A stretch of 64,000 bases of DNA from the human T2T-CHM13v2.0 reference genome, Homo sapiens: the NCBI RefSeq assembly GCF_009914755.1, contig NC_060939.1, one strand, 5' to 3'. Of this stretch, positions 41,464 through 62,036 are shown piece by piece. Each line of letters starts with the position of its first letter. The first letter of the stretch is position 1. The notes below the pieces were generated by a model. The model saw only the letters and a list, made by a program, of their open reading frames with translations. It was not told the DNA's origin and ran no database searches. Made by a program: the position numbers and the translations under genes.

Positions 41464-43921
41464 TGAAGCTCACGCCCTTTAGTTCCCACAACAAACAGTC
41501 ATGCACAGTGAGCTTTTGTCAGTTGGTAGACTTGACCGAGGGACACTGGCTTCCTCCCTCCTTTTCCTCTCCGACCACTGCTCCTCGCACCTCTTTCCAG
41601 ACCCTTCTTCCTCTTTTGAGCAGAGCAGCTTTGCCAGGCTCCAAAGCCCTGTTTCTGCAGATCCCCAACCACCAGGGGCCTCATCTTCAACCCCCAGTTC
41701 TTATTAAAGCATTTCGTTCACAAGAACAGCTCTTTCACTGAGAATTCTGGTACATTCTCCACTACTTTGCACATATGTGATATATGTATGTGTGTAATTG
41801 TTTATGACTACAGGTGTGCCTGTACCCTAGTGTGTGTGATGGGCAGTGGGAGAGGGGTAGATGGAAAATAATTCTGAGACATTATCCAATACCTTATGTT
41901 TGTACCTTACTGCATATGTGATGTGGGCAGTGGGAAAGGAAGCCCCCATGGGGGGAATTAGTCCATTTGTTTGTGTCTCCGTGTCTCTTTTTCCAAATAC
42001 AGAGTTAACTCCCAAGAGCATGTACCCAATCACCAGCTTTGTGCAAATTCTAGAAATATCTATTCGTAGCAAGACTCAGCCCAGGTACCACCTACTCTGG
42101 TAACCCTTCCTCCTAGTCTTGGGCTGAACTAATTGTCCCTTTTCTGTCTTGCACAGTCCCTGTATACCCCTCCAGCAAAGCGTTTGTCACACTTTACTGA
42201 CATTGTTCTTTTGCCTGCCCCATCTCTATGGTGAAGCTCCTAGAAGACAGGGACCATGGCTCACCTTCTCTCAGCATCCCAGCACCCAGAATGTTCAGAA
42301 TCTGTGTATGGACTGGGCTGGCCTGGCTTCACACACTCCCAGTAAGATATTTCACTCTCAATGGCTACACACCCCTATGCCCACCACCCTCTCTGGAATG
42401 TGGGGTAAACCAACTTACACACCAAGGGGCTTTTCTCTTGGGGTCATCACCCAAGGACCTTCCTCTGGCCAGGAGAAGCTTGCTCTAACCCTGAAGATGG
42501 AGGCAGCCTGGGATACAGGGTGTGGGCAGCCCCCTGGCTGACCCCCACTGTACCCTCCACCGCAGGGACGTCCCTCCTCTTTTCCGTACTTTCTGGCCCT
42601 GGCGCGAACCTTGTTGGCGCCAATGGGCTTTTAATATTTTCCATTCCTGGCTGGGATACAACATTTCACCTCAAAAATGCTTCCTCCCCCTCACCAAAGG
42701 GCGTGTCTTTCCAGTGAGAGGAACCGGAAGCTGGATGTGGAGGTTCTGGACCCACCCGTATTCTGGGGCTTGGAGGAGCCACAGTCCAACCCTGGAGAAA
42801 GAGGTGGCAGAAATGTCTTCCCAGCCAATGAAGTGAGTTCCCAGGCCTGCCTGAGGCCTCCTGGACCCACAGGAAGCCTGGATCCTCAGTGACAAAGCAA
42901 GGGGCCACCTGCTTGCTTCCATCTGAGACTCAGCCCCTGCCCTCCACTTGCCCTCTGACCTTGGCCAAGTGGCTTCACCTCTCTGAGCCCCCATGGCCCA
43001 TGTGAACAGTGGGGATAATGACAGTATCTAGCTTTCAAGGTCCTTGTGGAGTTCTAATGCTGCACATTCAGGTTATCTGAGGAGCATTAAAAAACACCCA
43101 TGCCCCACTCAGAGATTCTGATTTAATTGCTCTGGGATAGGGCTTGGATGTTGGCATATTTCAAAAACCCTCCAGGTGATTTTCACTCACAGCCACAGTT
43201 GACAATTAGTCTTTGATGGGAAAGCACTTTTTTTTTTTTTTTTTTTTTTTTTTTGGAGATGGAGTCTCACTCTGTTGCCCAGGCTGGAGTACAGTGGCAC
43301 AATCTTGGCTCCCTACAACTTCCACCTCCCAGGTTCAAGTGATTCTCCTGCCTCAGCCTCCTGAGTAGCTGGGTTTACAGGTATGCACCACCACGCCCAG
43401 CTAATTTTTGTATTTTTAGTAAAGACGGGGGTTTCACCATGTTGGCCCAGCTGGTCTCAAACTCCTGACCTCAGGTGATGTGCCCGCCTTGGCCTCCCAA
43501 AGAGCTGGGATTACAGGCATGAGCCACTGTGCCCGGCCTGGGAAAGCACTTTCTAAGGTGACCTGTACAGGTGCCAGCTGCTGCTTTGATGATCAAGGGT
43601 GTCACACCACTCATTTTCCCAAAAATATGACCCCAGGGATGCCTGAAATCCCACTGAAATGTGGTGGAGGGAAAGCACTTTGAAGGGAAGTAAGGGGTCC
43701 TCCAGGTGAGTTCTGTGACTTCAGGATTCCCACCTGCACACAAGCAGGTGCCTTAGAGCCACCAGCCCTGTCCCAGGCCAGGACCCGACACACCTACCCT
43801 GCTGACCCCTTCTGCTGGGCAGGCTAGGTCCTCTCCAGAGAGCATCTGGGCTTGTAGCTGACCAACAGCCTGCTCTCCCCAACCACTCTCCCCAGATCCT
43901 GGAGAGTGGGTTGTGGGGTCA

Positions 43922-44889
43922 TGTAGGGGTGGGTTGCCCCTCCACACCTGTGGGTGTTTCTCGTAAGGTGGAACGAGAGACTTAGGAAAGAAAAAGACAC
44001 AGAGACAAAGTACAGAGAAAGAAATAAGGGGACCCGGGGAACCAGCGTTCAGCATATGGAGGATCCCGCCAGCCTCTGCGTTCCCTTAGTATTTATTGAT
44101 CATTCGTGGGTGTTTCTCCGAGAGGGGGATGTGTCAGGGTCACAAGACAATAGTGGGGAGAGGGTCAGCAGACAAACACGTGAACAAAGGTCTTTGCATC
44201 ATAGACAATGTAAAGGATTAAGTGCTGTGCTTTTAGATATGCATACACATAAACATCTCAATGCTTTACAAAGCAGTATTGCTGCCCGCAGGTCCCACCT
44301 CCAGCCCTAAGGCGGTTTTTCCCTATCTCAGTAGATGGAACATACAATTGGGTTTTATACCGAGACATTCCATTGCCCAGGGACGGGCAGGAGACAGATG
44401 CCTTCCTCTTGTCTCAACTGCAAGAGGCATGCCTTCCTCTTATACTAATCCTCCTCAGCACAGACCCTTTACGGGTGTCGGGCTGGGGGACGGCCAGGTC
44501 TTTCTCTTCCCACGAGGCCATATTTCAGACTATCACATGGGGAGAAACCTTGGACAATACCTGGCTTTCCTAGGCAGAGGTCCCTGCGGCCTTCCGCAGT
44601 TTTTGTGTCCCTGGGTACTTGAGATTAGGGAGTGGTGATGACTCTTAAGGAGCATGCTGCCTTCAAGCATCTGTTTAACAAAGCACATCTTGCACCGCCC
44701 TTAATCCATTCAACTCTGAGTTGACACAGCAAATGTTTCAGAGAGCACGGGGTTGGGGGTAAGGTTATAGATTAACAGAATCTCAAGGCAGAAGAATTTT
44801 TCTTAGTACAGAACAAAATGGAGTCTCCTATGTCTACTTCTTTCTACACAGACACAGTAACAATCTGATCTCTCTTGCTTTTCCCCACA
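43922..44889 (-). mobile_element. HERV-K (HML-2) LTR5_Hs solo LTR, full length 968 bp
   Basis: Minus strand starts TGTGGGGAAAAGCAAGAGAGATCAGATTG and ends GGGGCAACCCACCCCTACA. 6-bp TSD GGGTCA at 43916-43921 and 44890-44895. TATAAAA at 44359-44353, AATAAA at 44097-44092. Confidence 0.96.
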
Positions 44890-44926
44890 GGGTCAAGGTC
44901 ACCTTGTTCCCTTTTTATCTCCTTCA

Positions 44927-45239
<313 letters not shown>

Positions 45240-46289
45240 CTACAGAGCGAGACTCTGTCTCAAAAAAAAAAAAAAAAAAAAGGAGTTAAATGTGGAGAGA
45301 ACCAGTTGTCTGTGCTAGGGGAGGAGAGGGTGTTTGGGTGCTTCGTGGAGAGAGCCAACATCTCCTTTCCTCCTCTTGAGAAGAGAGGATCTGCAAACAA
45401 TTCTACAGCCCAGAGGGAGGAAAACGGCTGAGAGCCAGGCGCCTTGGGAAAAGGCAGCAGAGAGCCCCACTGGCTGAAGATGCTCAGTCTCTCACCATGA
45501 CCAGTGTGTCCACCTGCCCCGGTGCCATATCCCAGAGTTACCATGTTCTTACACAGAGGAAAGAACAGCCTCTGTCCAGGGGAGGCACAGCCCCTGTCTC
45601 GGGGAGCTTCACCCAAAGGCCAGGCCCCCAGGAGAGGGCCAGAACCCTTGGTGTCCCAGGCCCGAGGTTCTTCAATAAGGTTATTTAACAGATCTGGTGG
45701 CTAGAGACTCCCGTGGGAGACTTCAGCCCCATGAGGAAGCGCTGTTTTCCTCAGGCAAACTATGGTTGAGAAACAGGAGCTTTCTGGAGACATTATTCTT
45801 CAAAGGGTTTCTCACAGCCCTGTGTCCCAGGCTCCTGGCCAGAGGTGGAAAGGAGAGGGAGTGAGTGATGGGGAGCATGGTGTAGGGCACCACACAGAAG
45901 GCAGGAAGGAGAGGAGGGTCAGCAGTGCCACCAGACTGAGCCCCAAATGAGGGGGAGTCCAGGAGAGGAGGCTTGCACAACCCACCACCTTGGGGTAGTT
46001 ACAGTGCCACCCAGGTTTATTTTTCCAACTGAGGGCACACTGAAAGGAGGGTACATTGAAAAGTGTGGGCATAGGGGAACTCAAGTCCCCTGGGCTGGGC
46101 TGTGGCCTCTTTAGAAGCACCTACAGCCTCAGCAAGGCTGGGAACAGGGAACTACTGAGGCTGAAAAAAACTTCAGTCTCAATAAGTCTGCCCCCAGTCC
46201 CTGGTAACGCTCAGGCTTTGCAGCCAAATGCAGATTAAAGCTGCCTCTACCACATGTAAGCTGCATTCACTGATTCATTCTACAATTAA

Positions 46290-46451
<162 letters not shown>

Positions 46452-46675
46452 TAATTTTTTATTATTATTATTTTTTGTAGAGACAGGGTCTTGCTACTTC
46501 ACCTAAGCTGGTCTCAAACTCCTGGGCTCAAGCAATCCCTGGTCTCAGCCTTTCAAAGTGCTGGGATTACAAGCATGAGCCACTGCACCCAGCCCCCTAC
46601 AAATTTGTTTTGTTTTGTTTTTCTTTTTCCATCATCTTCTTTGTGATAGTAAACAAATATTTTTAGCTTCTGCTA

Positions 46676-47089
<414 letters not shown>

Positions 47090-47240
47090 CTAAGGTAAAT
47101 GTAGGTAGGGACAATAACATGCATGGGTTAGTGTGGAGCACCTGTTCTGGGCCCCCTCTGGAGCATCATTCTGAGGATGGCTCTCAGGGAAGCCTTCCTG
47201 GAAGAGGTATAATCATTTGAATTTAAAAAAACGAATGGCA

Positions 47241-47346
47241 GTGATCACTTCGGTAGCACATATACTAAAACTGGAATGATACAGAGAAGATTAGCATGGC
47301 CTCTGCACAAGGATGACATACAAATTTGTGAAGGATTCCATATTTT
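47241..47346 (+). pseudogene. U6 snRNA retropseudogene (full length)
   Basis: 106-nt match to U6 with ~12 substitutions, many at CpGs; ACAGAGA box at 47281-47287. No upstream PSE/TATA recognised; followed by an A-rich linker and an Alu. Confidence 0.93.
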
Positions 47347-47899
47347 AATAAGAAAAACAGGTCAGGCATGGTGGCTCACGCCTGTAATCTCAGCACTTTG
47401 GGAGGCCAAGGCGGGCGGATCACCTGAGGTCGGGAGTTCTATACCAGCCTGGCCAACATGGCAAAAGCCCATCTCTACTAAAAATACACAAAATTAGCCG
47501 GGCATGGTGGCTCGTGCCTATAATCCCAGTTACTCAGGATGCTGAGGCAAGAGAATCACTTGAACTCAGGAGGCAGAAGTTGCAGTGAGCTGAGATCAAA
47601 CCACTGCACTCCAGTCTGGGTGACAGAGTGAGACTCTGTATCAAAAAAAAAAAAAAAAAAAAAAAGAAATGGTCCCGGGAGAAACCAGTAGGAAATAGGG
47701 GAAGCAGGATAGGGAAGAGGAACAGTACAAAGCAGCTAGATTTTGTTTTTTGGAGCGGAGTCTTGCTCTGTTGCCCAGGCTGGAGTGCAGTGGCATGACC
47801 CAGTTCACTGCAGCCTCAAAAATCCCAGGCTCAAGTGATCCTCCCACCTTAGACTCCCAAGTAGCTAATTTAAAAAATAATAAAATATATATATATATA

Positions 47900-49330
<1,431 letters not shown>

Positions 49331-49688
49331 TCTTTTCACTGATTTTATAATTCTTTTTAAAAATTTTTAGTGCCAATGAATTCTTGCTTATTGTTTGTAC
49401 CTACAGTTGTGTCCTCCAGCTGCTGTGCCAGTTTAGACTACACCGTCACCTACCTCCTAAAGCACATAGCAAAAGAGGGCAAGGGGGATGGGCATGGTGG
49501 CTCAACACTGGTAATCCCAGCACTTTGGGAGTGGTATTTTTCTCTTAAGAATAGGGAAATTAAGATAGGCATTTTTCTTTTCAGTCTGTTGGGAGGTAGT
49601 GGTGTTTATATCTAGCTCACACATTCACTGAAGTCCCAATTTTAGGTTTTTTAGACTTCCCACCTTAAAGGAGCCCTGAGTTTCTCTC

Positions 49689-49924
49689 AGTAGTGTGTAT
49701 TGGAGTTTGCTCCTATCAGCTCACAAGAACCAAATATTTTTCGTGTCAGTTCTTAGTACCACTGACGGCTTGAAATCTATGGTGGGAACATTTACCTAAT
49801 GGAAATCAACAAAAACTGAAACACTAAAAAATGTGTGTACAACATTGTGCTTATAGTTAATACTGAACTGTACACAAAACAGTGCTTTGTTTTGTTGGAG
49901 AGCCAGTTACTAGCACACCACTGG
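49689..49924. mobile_element. MER63A-like hAT MITE carrying a foreign ~50-bp insert
   Basis: CAGTAGTGTG...GCACACCACTG ends; GCTTGAAATC..ATGGTGGGA..ATTTAC and GGAGAGCCAGTT motifs. Confidence 0.6.
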
Positions 49925-50569
49925 TTCTCTCTAATCACTCACTCCCATGAGACCATGAAAATTCAAGTTCAAGTTTACTGAGTTAAAAATTACTCACCGG
50001 ACCAGGCTCAGTGGCTCACACCTATAATCCCTACACTTAGGGAGGCAGAGGCAGAAGGTTAGCTTGAGCCCAAGAGTTCAAGAACTGCCTGGACAACATA
50101 GCAAGACCCCATTCTCCACAAAAAGAAAAAACAAATAAATAAATAAAAAATGGGCTGGGTGCAGTGGGTCACACCTGTAATTACAGAACTTTGGAAGGCT
50201 GAGGAGGGAGGATCGCGTGAGAACCACAAGTTCAAGACCACCCTAGCCAACATAGTGAGAGCCCCATCTCTACAAAAAACAAAACAAAACAAAACAAAAA
50301 AAACAGTTGAGCATGGTGGTGCCACTGCACTCCAGCCTGGGCAACAGAGCAAAACCTTGTCTCAAAAAATAAAAAATTAAAAAGTTTAAAATTTTAAAAA
50401 ATTAAAATGATGTCGTTTCAGTCACGCAAGATGAATAAGTTCTAGAGAGTTGCTGTACAGTATTGTGCTTATAGTTAATACTGAACTGTACACTTAAAAA
50501 CCTGTTGACCAGGTGCGGTGGCTCACGCCTGTATTCCCAGCACTTTGGGAGGCCGAGGTGGGCGGATCA

Positions 50570-51106
<537 letters not shown>

Positions 51107-51889
51107 TCACAAAAATTAAAAAAAAAAAAAAAAATTTAAATTGCAAATAGGTTAGACAATAAAAAATAAAAATAAAATAAAAATGTCCAAAAGGCAAAAG
51201 TCAGTTTCGTTGCGCAACTTGCCTTTGAATTCGTGACTTTTTTGGCCTGAGTATTCCTTACTTTCTTGCCAACTCATCAGTGCAGTAAAAAAATTTTTTT
51301 TCTTTTATCCATAATTGTTTTCAGAAGTTTATTCAGGGTACTTAGTCCACTTTAGTACCATAAAATATCTTAGTATCTTAACGTAGATATTGAGATAGTT
51401 GGACTAGATCAGTAGTTCTTAACATTTTTTGGACACAGACTCGAGAATCTGATAACAGAGCTTGGATAACTTCTCCTCGGGAAAATGCACATACACACAG
51501 ATAAAATGTATGTTTTTACTCCCCTGAAACTATCCATGGGCCCAAGAATAAGAATGTTGCCCAGGTTGGTCTTGAACTCCTGGCCTTAAGAGATCCTCCC
51601 ATGTCTGCCTCCAAAGCACTGAGATTACCTGTAGGTGTGAGCCACTGCATCAGGCTCAGAGCTAACTTTTGACAGCCTCTCCATGTTTCCTGTCCTGAGC
51701 TGAGAGTTTCCGGGATTCTCTCCTTGGGTGAGCTTGAGTTTCTGAACTGGGGCTTCCAGAATCTCCAAGACCTCTTGGGGGAGAAGCTGAGAGTTGTCAG
51801 TTAAACCTTTCACAAAGCTGAAACACACGCAATGTTCCTTCAACCAGACCTATCCACATTTATTCATTCGGTGTTTATTGGCTCCTGTT

Positions 51890-52875
<986 letters not shown>

Positions 52876-53211
52876 AAGGATGTCAAAAAATTTGCCGGCC
52901 AGGCATGGTGGCTCATATCTGTAATCCCAGCACTTTGGGAGGATGAGGTGGGCAGTTTGTTTGAGCCCAGGGTTCAACACCAGCCCAGGCAATATGGTAA
53001 AACCCTATCTCTACAAAAAAAAAAAAAAAAAAAATTAGCCGGGCATGGTGGTACATGCCTGTAGTCCCAGCTACTCAGGAGGCTGAGGTGGGAGGATCGC
53101 CTGAGCCTGGAGTCGAGGGGGCAGTGAGCTGTTTAATCGCTCAACTTACCTTTGATTCATAATGGCGTCACTATACTCCAGCCTGGGCGACAGAGTGAGA
53201 CCCTGTCTTAA

Positions 53212-53412
<201 letters not shown>

Positions 53413-54084
53413 TAGTAGAGACAGGGTTTCATCATGTTGGCCAAGCTGGTCTCAAACTCCTGACCTCAGGTGATTCACCCACCTCGGCCACCCAAAGTGC
53501 TGGGATTACAGGCGTGAGCCACTGTGCCCAGCCCTGCAGACATGTTTTAAACCCACCACATCTCCTTTCTGTTTGTCAAGCACTGGACAAGGCACTTAGA
53601 ATAGAACGGTGAATACTACAAACCCTGTGGTGCTTACAGTCTAGTGGTAGAGCCAAACATTAATAAAATAACATTACAAATATGTACACAATTATGAACT
53701 TTGATGGTCCTATGGAAGATGATTCCAGGGAGCCATGAGAATTTATATGACACATTTTTATGACCTGGACCAGGGAACCAAGAGAGAATTCTCTGCAGAA
53801 GAGACATTTGGATTGAGATCTGGAACACCATTGGATGCTAACTCAATGAAGTGGGTTGAACAAGAGCCTTCCAGGCTGAGGGGATACCAGGCCAAGGCCC
53901 TAGAGTAGGAGAAACAGCAGCCTGAGAGGCAGCTAGTATGTCTTGAGACAGCTAGCAGGGACAGGAAGTATGAAACAAGACCGCAGTGGTGGGCTAGGGC
54001 CAGGCCCCTGGGCACTGTAGGCTGGGTAATGGTATTGGACTTCCGCATAAAAGTTGTGGGAAGCTGGCTGGGCACGGTGGCTTA

Positions 54085-54444
<360 letters not shown>

Positions 54445-54711
54445 TCACTTTGGCTGCTGTGTAGATGGCCCCAGCCAGACGCTGAGTCAGGCCTGGGAGG
54501 GCTGGGAACCTCCTATCTGCAGTTCCTCCCCTCCCCATGAGACTCTCCCACACAGGCTGAAGCCAGCTGCAGCCTTGGCCCTATACCTCCTTGCCTGAGA
54601 TTTCAGGCTGAGCACCCTACACTTAACCTACTCAGTCCCTCCTCCCAGACACAGGAAGTCCTGCCATTTTGCATCACTCGGTGAGTCACCCCTTATTTGT
54701 CAGTCAGTGGG

Positions 54712-55203
54712 TGTAATGGATTAAGAGGTGGTCCCAAAAGATGTGTCTACATCCTAATTCCCAGAACCTGTGAATGTAACCAAATTTGGAAAAAAGGGTC
54801 TTCATGGATGTAATTAATTAAGGATTTTGAGAAGAGGAGGACATCCTGGATTATCTGGGTGGACCCTAAATTCTATGTGTCCTTAGGGTCTTATAAGGAG
54901 TGAGGCACAGGGAGATTTGATTAGAACAGAAGAGGAGGAAGTAGTGTGACCACAGAGAGGGAGATTGGAGTGATGTGGCTATAAGTCAAGGAAGGCCAAC
55001 AGCTGCCAGAGCTGGAAGAGTCAAAGAACAACATCTCCCCTAGAGCCTCCAGAGGGAGTACAGCCCTGCCAACACCTTGATTTTGGCCCAGTGGTCTGAT
55101 CTTGAACTTCTGGCCTCCAGAACTGTAAGAGAATAAATCTCTGGTTGTTCTAAGCTGCCCAGTCTGTGGTAATTTGTTACAGCAGCCACAGGAAATTAAT
55201 GCA
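54712..55203 (+). mobile_element. MLT1C/D-like MaLR solo LTR
   Basis: CCCAGAACCTGTGAATGT...CTCCCCTAGAGCCTCCAGAGGGAG..CAGCCCTGCCAACACCTTGATTTT...TTTGTTACAGCAGC. Confidence 0.8.
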
Positions 55204-55350
55204 GTTGGGTACTTCTCAAGCTGCTCCTTCCTGATGAGCTGTACAGGCTCCCTCTCCTTCAGGAGACCTCTAAATGTTGGGGTGCCCCGGGCTCAGTTCT
55301 CATACTACTTTTTTCTCTATTCTCTGTCCCTACATGATCTCATCCATTCA

Positions 55351-55684
<334 letters not shown>

Positions 55685-56099
55685 CTAATATCCTCAAATT
55701 TTATCTCCATCCAGACCCTTCTCCTGGAGCCCAGGCATCCCCAGAGGTAGATGAAAAGAGAACTCTTGTTCCACGCTCACCACCACATCTGTCCCTGGCC
55801 CAGGCTGCCCCAGTCACTCCATGCTCCAGTTGGAAATGTGATAGCTATCCTGGATTTCTCCATTTCCCTCATGCAGTTTATCCAAACTGCTAGCAAGTCT
55901 TGTCTTGTTGTTTAGGTCTTATAATCTCTCTCAAATCTGTCCATTCCACTCCGCACTGCCATCACTGCAGCCGCAGCATCTCTCACTCAGGTGACTGTGC
56001 CAGCTGCCTGATGACTCCCATGTCGACTCTCATCCCCCTCCATCCCTTCTTACAGCAGCCAGGGTGATTTTTTAAGAAACAAATTAGATCAGGTTGCAG

Positions 56100-61150
<5,051 letters not shown>

Positions 61151-61673
61151 ATTCCATTACATATTTATTCTTGAATATGTGTCACACTTTTGTGTAAACC
61201 CTCAGGGCCTTCCCCTCACTCCTCCCTAAGTCCTTATTGTGACTCCCAAGGCCCTGTCTCCTGTCTGGTAGGCTCCTGCCCTCCTCTGCAGCCCTTCCAC
61301 ATGCTGCCTTCCCCTTAGGCAAGAACCCCCAAGAAGCTTCTTGCCCACCTCTCTACTTAAGGGACTTACTGCCTTCCCCTCACCATGTTCCAGTAATATG
61401 GGTCTTCTGGCTATCCCAAGAGTATGCCAAGCTCTTCCCCACCTCAAGCCCTTGGCATTGCCTTTCTCCATCTGGTAAGATCTTCCACAGGCTCTTTGCA
61501 TGGTCGTTTCTCATTCTCAATCTCCAGGTCTCAGATAATGTGTCAGGAAGGTCTTCCCTGACTTTTGTTATATCCAGGGGATGGCCTGCTGGATACTATC
61601 TCCCACATAATCTCATTTACTTCCTTCATATAATATATAATATACAGATCACACTCCATCATTGTTTACTTAC

Positions 61674-62036
61674 TATATTAGTCTGTTCTCATGCTGCTAA
61701 TAAAGACATACCCAAGACTGGGTAATTTATAAAGGAAAGAGGTTTAATGGACTCACAGTTCCGCATGGCTTGGAGGCCTCACAATCATGGCGGAAGATGA
61801 AGGAAGAGCAAAGTCACATCTTACATGGCAGCAGGCAAGAGAGTGTGTGCAAGAGAACTCCCCTTTATAAAACCATCAGATCTCGTGAGACTTATTCACT
61901 GTCATGAGAGCAGCACGGGAAAGACCCGCCCCCATGACTCAATGATCTCCCACCGGGTCCCTCCCACAACACATGGGAATTATGGGAATTACAATTCAAG
62001 ATGAGATTTAGGTGGGGACACAGCCAAGCCATATGG
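61674..62036 (-). mobile_element. THE1 (THE1B/C-like) MaLR solo LTR
   Basis: TTAGTCTGTTCTCATGCTGCTAATAAAGACATACCCAAGACTGGGTAATTTATAAAG...GGTGGGGACACAGCCAA. 5-bp TSD CTTAC at 61669-61673 and 62037-62041. Confidence 0.88.

Noticed and set aside
43218-43681. Three copies of GGGAAAGCACTTT
   Set aside because: Two are the TSD of the Alu at 43227-43538; the third is a short match plausibly from chance or a MIR-like motif.
43954-44638. ORFs inside the HERV-K LTR; possible provirus
   Set aside because: Solo LTR with the TSD directly on both sides; no PBS or gag/pol/env sequence.
47241-47346. Functional U6 gene
   Set aside because: About 12 substitutions including the 5' stem, an A-rich tail, and no recognisable Pol III upstream promoter.
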